Numbered from the stretch's first letter, positions 1-14,520 are shown. The stretch is 64,000 nt of DNA from Antedon mediterranea (GCF_964355755.1 NC_092680.1:15385045-15449044), one strand, 5' to 3'. Notes: generated by a model from the letters alone, not told the origin. A program made the numbers and translations.

Positions 1-2937
1 TAAACATTCACTTTACCATGTGATATAAATTTCTTAGATACGTATCAATAAATCAATCTTTTCATTCCACTTTCAACTGCAACACGCTTCATTGTTAATC
101 ACCCGACCTAGTACCAGCGAATCAATGTATCTTTTTATATAAACTAACTCTATTACATTAGAACACCTCCTATTCAGGGGACACTTTTTTTGTGAAACGA
201 GGGGAAATATTTTAACCAAGACACCCCTGGGTTTCTATTGTAGGGTATGTTATAGTACAATCTTTGTGATGTTGTATAATGTAATCTTGACAATAACATT
301 ATTGTGCATCACGAAAAATACTGTTTAATAGGCCTATTACACGTGTTCGTTGAAACAATACACAATTTATGGTTTCAATCTGTAAGTAAAATAATAAATT
401 CGTTTTACTATAATTTGAGAAGGAAAACGACTACAGAACCCAAATTATTATACTAATTACAACAGTTGCTTGTGATTGGCAAAACTATCATTTGCGTTGC
501 GAGTCGCGCAAGGACGTAAGCGGACTGAAAGTAGACAGTTGACCAAATCTATCGCTTGTGATTGGCCAACACATTATCGTTGCCCCGTCGTTGTGTTGCG
601 TTCCAAGTGAGAATCAAACTTTAATTTACGTCATAGTGGGAAGCAGCGAAGCATTTTTATTTTTTTTATTCGTACATTTTTATTCACTTTCTGTATTTAA
701 GTTTCTAAAATACTGTTGTTAAATATTTTCTACTCCATCATCATTTAGGCCTATCATCATCTTAATCACGTTATTGACAGATAAGAAATTACCATTATCA
801 TTGTAGGCCTATAGTTTAGGTTAACACACAAGACATTTTCGAGTATTTCCTTATTATGGCTCATTGGTATGGCACGGATGAGTAGCAAATTTCGTCTGAA
901 TGAACCTAGAATAGTCCAATTACCTTCTCTGGAGGTTTAGTTTTACGAGATTGATAAATTAGCGTATTGCACGCTTGAAACACTCAGCAAAAGTACACTT
1001 AGTGTATAGAATGCAGTGTAAACATTTGAATACTTGTAGTTTGTGATTGAAAAAAGTTAGATGTACTTTTACCTTAATAATTTGTAACCCTTTTAGGCTT
1101 GATGGATACTTAATATTTCGCCCACGTGTTGGCTGGTGTACACTTATTTACTACCCTTGAACCCCTTTTTACTAACATCATAAAATTAATATATAACATA
1201 GAAAAAGAATTGGAAATTGGTAGAATTTGAATATATAAAAACAGGTTTAGGTAAAGTACATTAATTCCTGATCATACGTGCATAGCTTGAAATGAGCCTT
1301 TTCGACTTAATTCTGTGCGAGTGCACTCTTTCCCTGCCAATCATTTCATTATGTGTAATCTAAATCTGTAATTATTAGTTTTAAAATAAAGAATGATGCA
1401 TTCCTATTCGCTCTCCCAGGTTCGTTTATAAAGTGGTTTGCCCCACCTTACTCGCTCTGGGGCATCAGCAAAATTATATAACAACACACGGGGTACCAAA
1501 TATATTCTTATTTAGGTTGGATTAAAATTTGAAAATGTCTTTTGGCAATGGGTCACTCTTGTGAAGTTCTCTTAAACAAAGTTGCATTGTGTGTGCCATA
1601 TTGATATATAATTGATAGACTGTATATTAGAATTGAAACAGAATAATATGTAGCATGTAGGCCTATTTAAAAAAGGTTAATATACTAATACCGTTTAAAA
1701 CGATGTCAATTGAAGGATACAGCATGTAAAAGCATATTGTGGTATACGATATAATAATAACATGTTATACAGACTTTTTTGCTGATTAGATTTATTGAAG
1801 TTAAAATTGCGAATTTATTATTATAGTTCGATTAAGATAGACGTATTTGCATTATGAAATCTCTCTTATAACCATAGATGAAAGATAATATTCTGAAGAT
1901 TGAAATTGAAATAATAATAATAGGCCTACTGAATAATACAGGTTTTTTAAAGAAACTAAAACATCATTATTGATTATTCATAACTGTTTTATTTAATAAC
2001 TGTTAATATAGACTAATCTGCAAAATTTAGCAAAGTAAATCACCAACCATAAAAGAGAATTATTTTCTGAAAAATTATACAATAAACCTAAATTTTTGAC
2101 CTAAATTAAGCTACACACATTTATTATGTGTCAATCGAAATAATATAAATATAAAATTGTAAGTTATGTTATCACGACCCTGCTGTTAAGTGGACATCAA
2201 GGTTCATGAACTTGTGTTTCGAAAATGCCCTTAAGTTTCCACAAATTAAAGGGTGGTCGGGTCACAGAAATAAATCGCGGTAAAATACATAAACATGTTG
2301 TAGTGGTGTGTAAAATAATAATAATCAATTTGTAACACTCATTTGGTCGTCTGTTGGGGCCTGGTAATTTTAGACGATTGTTGACCTTTCACCTCCTGTC
2401 TAAATGAACCGAAGCAAGGTGGGATTGGGAGGGGGTTCACGTGAATAACGTGTTGTTAATTATTAAGCAATCTAAATAGATACTTTGTTATCGTTATTCA
2501 CCTAGATACTTTTTCACAGTTGTATGAACTCACTCTTTCTCTAGGCATGCTTGGACGCTTGTGATTTAATACCCGTCTTTCAACTTAGTTACATGCTTGA
2601 AAACTTTATTGTAAACGTGATAAATAAATATTTATTAAAAAAAAACACCCTGCAAACGTGTTGAGGCAACTAGTAAACATTCAAGGCTGGATCTATGATA
2701 TTGTTTCAGGGTGAAGGCAAAACTATTGTGGGTGCAAATCTGGTATTTTTACTGAGGATTGAGGTCAACAATTGTGTACGATGTATTTTGGCAATTTCAC
2801 AAAAGTATATGTAATTAAATCCATTAGGCCGTTTTATCGTCACTTTTTCCATGCCAATAATAATGCAATTCTAACAATATAGTATTATTAAATAAAAAAT
2901 CCTTTAAATTTACATTAATAACGATTAAAATTTAGGC

Positions 2938-5900
2938 CTATATAGATATGTTTTCTGGTACTTTTAAGCCTGTGATTACCTTCATTTGCCAATGCGGGCT
3001 ATAGACAGCAAAACCTGGAATAAGATGCACGTTTTTGTTCAGAGGAGACTTTAAAAGTGGAACCATGCTTTTATGATCGAAAAACATTAAACTTCCTTTC
3101 TGATAATTGACCATTATTCCAACATGTGAACTAGTGTGGCTAAGTTGTGTATGAGTTGCACGTGTAACGAACCATCGGAAAAGACCATCGTCTGTAGCTT
3201 CTAGAGCCCACGAAGTGTTATCCATTCCGAGCGCCGTCGATCGCGTGGATGATGACGCAACTACTCCAATAGACGCCACGATAGCGGGGGCGTTCGATGA
3301 CAATCGTTCATTGACTTTACAGTTAGTACCCTGTCGTATTCGATTTATACTAGCCTCCCAATATTGAACACCATTCTCCAAAAAGATCTTCCCTACGGCG
3401 TAAGTTGCCCCGTGAGCTGTAGGTGATACTCTCTCAATTGTACTTAAAACTTTTCCGTCAGGGGAAATTCTCATGACACTAGGCAATAAGTTCACATCGA
3501 TGTTGAACTTTAGTGCTGAAAATAAAAATGTAATGTGTGTATAAAGTTCATTTTAGAATAAAAAGGGTCGTTTAAAGAGCATTTTTTATTGGCATTTTAC
3601 AGTTCATGGGCCTGCCTTCAATTATAGGCACTGTAGCATAACCACAATTATCATGTAATATATCAAAATTGATTCAGTTAATGGTAAAACAATTATATCT
3701 ATAAAACGCATCGTTGCAAACCGGGTTTTGTTCGACGGTACCCTGCACCCTGCACCCAAAATAATAGTGTTGGGATTTTAGTCGAAGTCCATGATGCACA
3801 GCGCCAAGTATCCCTGCGAATATAGTGTGCTTACTTTAGTGGACTAGTATTATTTATATCTAAAATATTGTAAACCTATAAAAATCGTCGTTCCATAAAA
3901 CATTTTCTTGAAAACCGACTCTTTATTACATTTTTAATGTATATTTACCGGTATTTCTTGTATTATTTAAAAAAAATCAATACAAAACTGTGAAGAAAGT
4001 ATCGGTCTACATTGTCTCCTGGATTAATTTATCGTCTTATTTTCTTGTTACCCATAGTCATGAAAGATGGATATAAATGTCATGGTAAAATAAGGCGAAT
4101 TGGACACAACTCTTTTAAAATTATCTACCCTTTTTTTAAAATCATAATATGAATGACTGAATTTTGCATAGTAAATGGACATTTGTAATAGGCCTAACCC
4201 CAAAAGTTAACGTACCGTATATAGTAGAACGATAGACAGGTATGGTAGATTAAAATTACAGACTGGCCATAGTGGCAATGCGAGTTTATTGCCAAATGGA
4301 CCTGCACATATGATTTCAAATACACAATATAAATTAATAATAAACGGTACACGAACGAGGTTTAAAACGTTGTAGAAAAATGTGTAGGGCCTACACTGCA
4401 TACCTTCGCTCTTCGTCTGCAAAGAAAAGATTGCAGTCTTCGATGATTGGCCAGCCTTGTTTCGCGCGGCCCCTACAAACTGGTAAACCGTAGAAGGCGC
4501 TAGTTTGGCAAATTCCACATCTACTTTGCCTTCGACGTACCCATGCTCCCATGACTGGCTCTCATTTGCGGGACGATACCAAATGTCGAACCCATCAATG
4601 AAATCGTCTGAAGGTTTAAATCGCAACACAACTTTGTCGGTGCTTGTAACGCATCGTACACCATCAAATTCTGGCGCTTTTGGCACTATTTATAGAAAAA
4701 AAGAAAAGACAGTTAAAGCGCTAAGGATATATATTACCTTATTATTTCGCCATTCATTAATCCTTCAGTGACGCGTCTTATTGACTCAAAAGTATTGAAA
4801 TTAGTGGACAGTACCTGCTGCCACCTCTGATTTTATACCCGATTTTCCGGCATGTGCAAAATAAATTCACATGACATTGCGGATTAAGGATTGTTTAAAC
4901 AGGGGAGCGCAAAGACTAACGTATAACAATAATAGTCTGTCAAAAATAAGATATCAAATGTAGTTTATAATTACATAATAATGTCATGCTAAATGTTATG
5001 TAATTACAAGTCTATACTTCATCTTACCTTTAATTTCCCTCACTATCATTGAGGAAATAACCTTTTTCTGATGTTGCACATTTATTTCAAGATTATTAAA
5101 ATGATCCGTGACACCAGCTTGCATGGTTGGCCACGCCTCACGACAGCTTTTAACCCTGCATATTAATATGATTGGAGAAAACTGAGGTAACGTAGAAGAT
5201 ATTTTGAAAAAGAAACAGGCCTAAATTTGATTCAGCACTTATACATATTATTAAGGTTATTTACTTGAACCTTCTTAACTAACGAAACTACATTTTAAAC
5301 AAAAATGATTTGTTTTCATAAAAAAAACCTTTTCGAGTGTTGATGCTGAAAGATGTATTGTCCCCCAAAAAACATGAAAAATTAAGATTAATATAAAAAA
5401 AACTTGCAAAGGCCATTTCACAGTTTAAAAAATTAATAGCTTACGTGGAAAAAAATGTTTTCAAATCAAACGGTTTAGTTTAACCAAACCCCATTGACTT
5501 TCAGTCAATTTGACTGTATTTTGCTTCAAATTATTTTTGTTTTCATCAGGTAAATATATTTTTTAGATCGAATATTTGGTCAAGTGAAAAACTATTCTGT
5601 GACATTAAAATGGCATATTCAATAACACAATTGAAATAATTTATATATTTTAAAATGTTGGACAAGAATATATTTGAGCCTTTATAATATTTATTTGATT
5701 TTTAAAGTTTTCAAATACTGTTATTATTTTTATACTTCCTCGTTTTCTGAAACGGAATGCAAATAGTGAATGCAAATTGTGTTTACAGTACCTGGTTTGC
5801 ATATGCTCGGCAGTCTGCAAATAAAGAAAACAACATCAAAAGGCTTATTACATTATTATTGTAATAATTTACCATTCCTAACATGTTCAGTAACATAGTA

Positions 5901-8900
5901 CAGTATCATGAATATTCTAGAATAAGAGTATGTTTAGATTTAAGAAACCATGTATAATTAATAAGAACAATCAGGAACATTCCAGAAGTACTATTAATAG
6001 AAACTATAAACCAATAGAATAAGAAGTATAAGGAATGATCTAGAAGGTTATGAACATATTGTATATAAGGGGAAGTATGACAATTGTAAGAAGGGAAAAG
6101 GATTTTTTGATTGAAGCAGGTTGGATATTAGTTGTTGGATATTAGAGGTTGGATATTAGATTGTAAAAGTTATTGTGAAGCTGTTGTTTAAAGTGCTTAC
6201 TGGATTGTTGAAAGTTGAAGTTGATTGAAATTAAAGCTTTGTTTTGAGTTATTTTACAACTTTGTGGATTTTGTGTGTATATTTTTATGTCACAAGGGAG
6301 TTCCTAAAGTATTTTCAACCGCTCGGAAACATACGTAAGAGGAGTTCGTGACAATTATCGTAAAAATACATTGACTGTGACGTTTTCATTATATTGTTGA
6401 AATACACACAGGATTATTCTATACGTATATTTTTATTTTTCTACTCCTGTTAGTTCGAGGTGTAGTATGGAGGATCGATTCGACCTAGTGCATAGCACTT
6501 ATGGCAACCCCCATTGTACTTCACCGTTGTCTTTTGTTGTTTATTGTTTAACTGAAAATGGAATAAAATGAATGTAATACCAATAAAAAGGAAGCAGGCT
6601 CTTCCTCCTTCAATGCCTCTGTGACGTAATCGGCTAGGCCAGTCGCTGATTCCAATTTATCCTGGCAAGTTCTTATTTGATGTTGTAGAACTTCTAATTT
6701 TGACGTCATTGAAGATGTCACGTGCTCAGCCATCAAATGTTGGCGCTCTAAAATTAGAGCTTCGAGTTGGGCACATTCATTTGCAATTTGGCGTTTTAGA
6801 TCAGCAGCGTTGCTCTAAACAAAAGCATAAATTTATGAGGGAAAGTAATAATATAATTTTTTTTTAAACCATGTGGTTTAGTTATTAATTTACTTAAACA
6901 TTAGGCCTAATTATAAAAACTGAGGAATTTGATTTGCATTTAATAATGACAGTTAACGAATTGGATTTAAAGTTGATATAAAGTAATGTATCTATTTAAC
7001 CCATCAATATTATTTATTTCAAAAAGAATAGTAAATGCAACAAACCAAGATTATATAACAAAAAAATGTATTTAGGTCAAACTGTACTCATTTTGTGACT
7101 TTATTTTCGTAATTCTTTTTCTTTGTTTTGTGAACAGTTTGGTTGTCTTATTTTGTATACTTATTTCTACTTGGCCATCATAAATCTTAACGACTTTTGT
7201 GACGTGAATATGTATACTTACTTCAACGTTTGAGCATTTTCTTTTTAATGCTGAAATAAATAACTGTATTTCTTCGTTCTTTTTCTTGAGGCTGTCAAGT
7301 TCGTCGGAAAGAACGTCCTTATAGAAAAAAAAAGGAATTATGACTATTACAAAAAAAAAAGTATATTCTGTATAATGTTGTGCATGCATATGACAATCTA
7401 TTCACAATACAAACACAGGAGGCGCTATTATAGTTTTACCAGAAAGTCGGAGGTGTGATATATGTTCTAAATCGTGATATATGACCGGATTTGAACAAAG
7501 GACTCGATGATCATGATTATGCTATAACTCCACTTAAAAAGTCAAACTGGACGCACATTTTGAAGGGCGTTTTTTCATCAACATCATACAAGATTTTTAT
7601 ATTGAACATGTGCATTTTACGACATATTGACTTTCGCTTCCCTTTGCCACGTGTATCATCGGAAAAATCGATATAAATCAATTAATTCACTTAGATAAAT
7701 AAAGCAATATCCTATCGTATTTGTATGGTTACGGTGGTTTAACTATAACAATTTGACTACATGATTTGTTCGTTATATTGAATACTGTATAATTAATAAT
7801 GATACCGATATTTGAATCAACTGTTCACCCATACTCGTGATACTCGTGATAATTCTGCCTATACTATCAAACTAGTTTTTGAAAAAAGTATCATAACGAT
7901 TTATGTTTCTATCTATATTTTTTTTTCTGTCTATGTTTTCACTATGTTTCTATCAATGTTTTCACTATGTTTCTATCAATGTTTTCACATTGTTTCTATC
8001 TATGTTTTCATTATGTTTCTATCTATGTTTTCATTATGTTTCTATCTATGTTTTAACTATGTTTCTATCTATGTTTTAACTATGTTTCTATCAATGTTTT
8101 CACTATGTTTCTATCTATGTTTTAGTATGTTTCTATCTATGTTTTAACTATGTTTCTATCTATGTTTTCACTATGTTTCTATCTATGTTTTCATTATGTT
8201 TCTATCAATGTTTTCACTATGTTTCTATCTATGTTTTCACTATGTTTCTATCAATGTTTTCATTATGTTTCTATCTATGTTTTAACTATGTTTCTATCTA
8301 TGTTTCACTATGTTTCTATCTATGTTTTCACTATGTTTCTATCTATGTTTTAGTATGTTTCTATCTATGTTTTCACTATGTTTCTATCTATGTTTTAGTA
8401 TGTTTCTATCTATGTTTTCACTTTGTTTCTATCTATGTTTTCACTATGTTTCTATCTATGTTTTCACTATGTTTCTATCTATGTTTTCACTATGTTTCTA
8501 TCTATGTTTTCACTATGTTTCTATCTATGTTTTCACTATGTTTCTATCTATGTTTTCACTATGTTTCTATCTATGTTTTCAATAGGTTTCTATCTATGTA
8601 TTCGAGTTGTAAGATAAGAAAGAGCTTGAGTTTTAGGAATAGTTAAAGTTACAATATTTGTTACCCAAAAACAATAGGGTAAAATCCCCATTGCCCAGAA
8701 AATAAATTCACCAGCAGATATGCAAAACCAACTACTGAACAACTTGTGTTTTTGCAGATTTTGCCGAATGTTTTATTTTAATATTTTCAGTGAATTTATG
8801 ATTTTGTTGTTGTGATTCTGTTACATATTGTACATTTTATATCTAACATTTTTGCCTGTACTTGACTTTAAAGTATCAAACATTATAACTTGTTAGATAT

Positions 8901-9575
8901 TGTAATATAGGCCTATTTACATGTTATATTTTATCTTACCCTTTCTCGTCCAAACGTAGTTTTCAGTTCAGCAACCTGATGTCCTTTATGTGTTCCTATT
9001 CGGTCACATAAAAAGCAGATAGGAATCTTGCAATTCTCACAGTAAATTTTAATTTTTTCATCTTCATGATCAGGACATATAAGAGTGCGTTGTTGAGGCG
9101 AATACTTGGCTTCGACAAGACAGTGCTTAGCCAGAACACCACGAAGTGGGTGGCATAATGGTAGGCATGTATCGCAGTATGATACTCGGCATTCCATGCA
9201 TGTTTTCGTGGCTGTGCTAGGCTCCCCATCGCATCCCTGACAAGGTACATTTTTTTCGTGTTCACCGCCTAACTGTCGTGATTCCCTGTACCTCTCAACA
9301 ATATTCTCAAGTAGAAAGTTCTTCTGTAAGCCATTGAGACGTCGATAGTCAAGTGGTACTTCACTGCGACAAGTAGGGCATTGCAAATTCTTTGCCTTTC
9401 GTGGTTTAGCGATCGGAGCCACCAAACGGTCTTCATCTTCACCTCTGGATCGATTTTGAATTTCATCTAACTTTGAATCTTTTAGACACTTTCTACAAAA
9501 GCTATGGGCACATGGTAGTAACACGGGGTCGTCATACAAGTCCATGCAGACACCGCAAGACAATTCTCGTTCCAT
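2938..9575 (-). CDS. TRIM E3 ubiquitin ligase, class C-I type (RING, two B-boxes, coiled coil, COS, FN3, SPRY/B30.2); TRIM9/36/67/MID1-like, about 658 aa
   Basis: Seven phase-compatible GT-AG exons: 9575-8940 (RING CGVC..CAHSFC..CPTC, two B-boxes), 7317-7222 (96 bp), 6814-6581 (234 bp), 5814-5792 (23 bp), 5155-5028, 4685-4404 (FN3), 3515-2938 (SPRY, YWE motif). Sum is 1977 bp = 659 codons. The 96/234/23 bp coiled-coil exon pattern is typical of TRIM genes. Confidence 0.92.
5860..6353 (+). mobile_element. Solo LTR in a TRIM intron
   Basis: 494 bp with TG...CA termini, flanked by an identical 5-bp TSD ATTAT (5855-5859, 6354-6358). Internal TATA-like TATATAAG at about 6063 and ATTAAA at about 6230. 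Confidence 0.75.
7900..8600. repeat. Minisatellite, 23-bp unit ATGTTTTCACTATGTTTCTATCT, about 30 copies, in TRIM intron 1
   Basis: Directly visible tandem array; it produces the spurious MFLSMFSLCFY ORFs. Confidence 0.95.
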
Positions 9576-10526
9576 TGTTCAAGAGTGGTAAATTACTTAT
9601 ACGTATAGGCCTACGGTAAGGTTAAAAGAAGTGAGATTATCAAGCTATAGACAATTAAATTACTTGTAAAGACAAAACTCCACGTTTGCAGGATGGTAAA
9701 ATATTGTTTGCAACAATTGAGAATTAGTTCAAATCACTGTGTTCATTAAATACAGTTATATGTACAGATGTTGTGGATTTTATTGATTGCGCATCGAATG
9801 GTTTTGTCCACGGTAGAGAGTTTCGTGGGAGCATGTCCATCTGCGATTCTGCTAATCATATTATGCATATTATACAGAGGCATATTTAGCTTTCTTTCGG
9901 AATTTGCGACAGGGCACAATTTGTTTTTCAAAATACGTTGCCGTCTATTTTTATAGCAAATATTTGTAGTCAATCTTATATTATTTATGCATTTTCTATA
10001 TTATTGTTCTATAAAAAGGCTACGTAGTGTAGACTATATCCGTATAAATATTGGGACGTGATAGTGATAAAATTCGCTATTGAAAATCCTTGCACCGAAA
10101 TACAATAAAAACATAAACACCTCTTTCATATACAATAAATGAAGATTATTATTATTATTATTATAAGGGAAAGATAATACATTTTGTTTAATGTTGTATA
10201 GAACTATAACCAAAATCGCGTACATTATTGATTGATAATTCAATTCGTCCTTTGTAACCAACTGATCACTGATTTTAACTTTAGTGGTTTGCCTTGAAAA
10301 CTAGTTGATGACAAAAGTACATAAAAAATATGAACAACATACTATTGAGGTCTAGTCTGATGAAATGTATAATCTCATAATATAGTGAATTACATCTGCA
10401 TTAACTGCTGTAGTTGTACAATAATATTGGATACGGCATCCGTATTTCTATTACAGTATTGATAAGTACATTCATTTCCAACAACATACAACAATTTCTT
10501 GAAGGATAATATAACCCGCAGGTTAA

Positions 10527-10660
10527 TTTTAAAGTTTAAATGAGTACAATCTTACAATAATACACAATTCCTAAACACATAATTTGTTTCTTAAAAAAAA
10601 CAAATTATGTGTTTAGGCATTGTGTATTATTGTAAGATTGTACTCATTTAAACTTTAAAA
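10527..10660. repeat. Near-perfect AT-rich palindrome (about 62-bp arms)
   Basis: TTTTAAAGTTTAAATGAGTACAATCTTAC...GTAAGATTGTACTCATTTAAACTTTAAAA with a short A/T spacer. Confidence 0.9.
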
Positions 10661-11033
10661 TGATAGTTTTTCAGATACTGACAGTAGCAGGATCGGGTGG
10701 CTGTTTGGAAGGGTTATTCGATCCGCGAAATACTTTTGACGCGACGTATTTTTAGTCGACAATACTGCTGTTGTATGAAGTAAAAGAACATCTTGGGGAA
10801 AACTTTCAATATGTATAATAAATGTAAAATATAAAATAATCTAAATTAATACAATACTTATATATAATATACATGTTATTGTAAAAAAAAATGATAAAAA
10901 CTGAATCAACATGTTAAATTATCTTTTCAAATCCTCGAAGTATAATGTAAAAATATTAATATATTTGTTATTTTTTTTAGTATAGTAAATTTAATATGTA
11001 GCTAATGATTCCTTAAAATACCATTGGTAGCAT

Positions 11034-12965
11034 TCAGATTGCCGTGCAACCAAATCCTTCCCAATCAAACGAACAAGATACGTCCGGTATCCATGTGACA
11101 TGGTCATCAGACATTTTACGTCTGTTTCTTAAAGACCTAGTTTCAGGTGCTTGTTTATTATGTTCCACCACTTTGGTTGACCAATACGTGGGTATATTGA
11201 AGCATTGATCAACGATTTCATCAACAACGACTGCTTTTAGGAACTCTGATGGAATCATGCCCTTTCTTTCGACATAAAACGATGGGGAGTTACCGTTGAA
11301 AAACTAGAGGTAGAGAAAATACGATGCATTAGCGTAGTTATTATTCACATTTACACTTCTTCAACCATCAATATGAAACTATATAAAATCGTCTATTATA
11401 ATTTAGAACATTGATTATTTAAAGATGACGTTTATATGCATTGAATTCTTTAAAATAATCGTTTTTCTTAGTTAAAAAAATACCGGAAAATACATACCTT
11501 ATTATGGTCGTGCCAAACCAAGTCATCATCTGCCCACAAATAACAGGCGCTGTTATTGACGCTGTAAGCTGCAACGAGTTTCTTTAAAAATAAAATAGAA
11601 TCGGATTTATGAAACTAAAGTGATCAAATTTGGTAGAATAAAACTAGAAGTATTTATTGCAACAAAGGACAATTTTCGTCAAATTTTAATTATCGGCTAT
11701 AAAATTTAAGGTTCGTCGACTGCTTTAGAATTTTACCTGGCTAAAATCAAATATAATTGTCCCTCCGTCAGTCACATTGGCAATTTGTTCAAATGTCAGA
11801 ATTTCCACAAGATGGCTGGGGTACGTATATACACTAATTGAGTGTGCTATTCCATCATCAACATAGTTTACTGTTCTGCACCGCGTCATCTAAGTAAAAT
11901 GAAACTGTTAATGATAACTTACATCATCGATAGGCTACATACGGTAGCTTACGTAATAAGATAAATAACTCACTAATACTATGTGATGCAATGTAGGCCT
12001 ATCATGATGTGTACACTTCTAGCATGTATAATGAATACAATTCAACGTATAATAAAGAAAGCCCAGAATAACTTAGATTGGTTTGTAATACCGCATTTGC
12101 ATTAAAGGTGAAACATTGTATACATTTAATAATAAGGTAGTAATAGTTGTATAGCGCCATTCCAACAATTATTACTCATATCGCTGTGGACGTAGATGTT
12201 ACACTCTTCAACTTACATGCTTCTTCGCTAAGGGTCACGCCGTGACAGTTGTAGCGCTACCTTACCTGTTATTTGATAGTTGCCGTGTAAGCAAGTACAC
12301 ACCGGGGTAATCAATCCCCTACCGTCTCGAACGATGTACAGATTATTTACAGTGCACACGAGCATTTTTTGTACACTGGACCTACGGTTTATTGTTCTTG
12401 TACGAGTCCTTATATCAAACACTTTTCGTTTTTTTTTATACAATCATAGGACTAATTGTAGGCTTGAAAAGTAAACATTTACAGGGGCTGGGTAAATTAT
12501 TGTATTGTTTTGATGTATATGTTAAATTGGATGCACCACTTCTGTTTGTGCCACCGATGCAAAGGTGTCATTTCCTAATAAATTATTATTATTTTTTTTT
12601 TATTTGTAAAATAGGCAATACTTAGAGGTATACATTATGCCACCAATTATATACCGTCAGCCTACAACAATAACAAGGTTTTACTTACGAAGTGTCTTGA
12701 CATAAGTACAATTGCTGCGACTACTCCAACAACCAGAAACAACACAAATAGGCCTACAGTTATGACAATGTGTTGCCGTTTCAATGAAGCGTTTTTAGTT
12801 AAGATTGGTTCCTAAAATAATAATGAGTTCAAGTTATAGAGTACTGACGATATCGATAGATTTCAGCTATTATACATTTAATTAAAAATATAAAAAAAAC
12901 TCCTTGATTTTTACCTGAGAATCTTCATTTGCCTTCTTTTCTGTTGAAATAGATGTTGGATACAT
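11034..12965 (-). CDS. Type II membrane BRICHOS-domain peptide precursor, copy A (about 226 aa)
   Basis: Five exons joined by phase-0 introns: 12965-12915 (MYPTSISTEKKANEDSQ), 12811-12689 (TM: IVITVGLFVLFLVVGVVAAIVLM), 11889-11737 (ends GGTIIFDFSQ), 11581-11498 (KLVAAYSVNNSACYLW), 11303-11034 (IVDQCFNIPTYW...RNRR KMSDDHVTWIPDVSCSFDWEGFGCTAI). The IFDF / AY / CY / C..PTYW motifs match the BRICHOS pattern. Confidence 0.85.
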
Positions 12966-14007
12966 GTTGACAGCCGGATACAGACGATACGTATCAACTA
13001 TGCGAAGCACGAACTTTATATGAAGATTACACACTTATATTAGTCCGGTTAATTCCATTCAATATCCTCACAACAAATTTGAGAGTTTAGTTCACCGACC
13101 AAAAACCTGTCCGAAATCTTATTTTACTTAAGTGCCTAATTATCAGCAGATGTTTGCATAGACTCTCTTCACAGGCGTGCTTTGGGATGTGTGCGCATGC
13201 CAAATCCGACTTTAAAAATTCCCAACAAATCACCAACAATACAGTTATTGGCCATGTCACATGTCAAAGAAAGGAATGTGTGTGGGTGTAAAATAAGGGT
13301 AAAAGAAAACAAAAAGCAAAACAATTTTTAAAATCTTTTTAAACATAGTAGAAAAATAAATATTAAGATTAATTATATTTTATCTAATTGTGGTTGTGAA
13401 TATTTATACGAAATAAATAACTTATTTAACTTTGATAAACTGCCCAAAAGGTAGCCATGAAATAAAGACCATCTCTCAACTTTTTCTACTGTTTGCAAAC
13501 GGGTGTTATAAAAGCAAGAACACTTTTCAAAGCATCAATTTTTTTAATAAAAAGCAGGCTATGTATATTGTTGTTCGAATTTTCACATATCCAGGTCATT
13601 CACTTTGTTAACAACAAATGATAGATAGTCTAATATGACAGAATAAAATAATACAATCGCAGACAGTGACGCAATATGCATGTTTGCATGACTAACACTT
13701 TATAAAGAAATAAAAAAATATCAGAACAATAAAGTATATTTACAGATCACTGTGACCTGTCTTTAACTATTGGAATGTGTGTTCATAGAAACGAATGGTT
13801 GAAACACAAACGTTTTATCAGAAAAACAACTTCAAAAAATACCTATCTTTTAGAAACAAAGTAAATTACAACAAGCAATACTGATACGTAACAAATATGT
13901 GGTAGCATATTATATAGATGTAGGTCATCAACTTAAACAGTGTTGTAGATAATACAGATCGTCACTTTGGAGTTCTGTACTACACCAAATGCTATTGTGG
14001 TACGTAA

Positions 14008-14520
14008 GGGTGTGTGGCGCAGTGTGTTGGACGTTGGACTACTGATCGTGATATCGCGGTTCGAATCAAACTCTGCCGCATTGCTTGTATCCTTAAGGGC
14101 CTTTCACACCTGTTCCGGCACGGTTCCGGTCCGGCGAATCGAACACAAATGTTTCGTTTTTACGACGCTCCACGCGGCCAAGCACCAATCGATATGCGCG
14201 TAGCCACGTGAAAACGAAACATTGACGTTCGATTGGATTTGCCGTCGCCGGACCGGAACCGTGCCGGAGCAGGTGTGAAAGGCCCTTTAGGCAAGATACT
14301 TTACTTACGTTTACCTCTCTCTATACCCAGGTGTATAAAATTGGGTAACCGGTTAGATTAAGACACAACTTTGCGCTGATTACTAGCTGTAGGCCTATTA
14401 TAGTAGTATTTTTCTATACGTGTTTGATACAAAAATGACGGGTAATAATGTTCACCGCTTAGAGGTTTCACAACATTAGGCGCTATATAACACTTTAAGC
14501 AATGAATAAATGTTATATAT
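14008..14520 (+). mobile_element. tRNA-derived SINE interrupted by a MITE
   Basis: A box TGGCGCAGTGTG and B box GGTTCGAATC; SINE core TCCTTAGGCAAGATACTTTAC...CCCAGGTGTATAAAATTGGGTA; L2-like tail GGCGCTATATAA. Confidence 0.75.
14096..14286. mobile_element. PIF/Harbinger-type MITE
   Basis: About 40-bp TIRs AGGGCCTTTCACACCTG...CAGGTGTGAAAGGCCCT with a 3-bp TTA TSD on both sides. Removing it restores the SINE core. Confidence 0.88.

Noticed and set aside
7812-8646. Overlapping hydrophobic ORFs (MFLSMFSLCFY...)
   Set aside because: They are translations of the 23-bp minisatellite, not genes. It is not a CRISPR array because there are no unique spacers.
12228-12443. ORF with a Cys pair and a donor-like site inside BRICHOS A intron 2
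   Set aside because: No homologue in copies B or C, and the flanking exons already join in frame.
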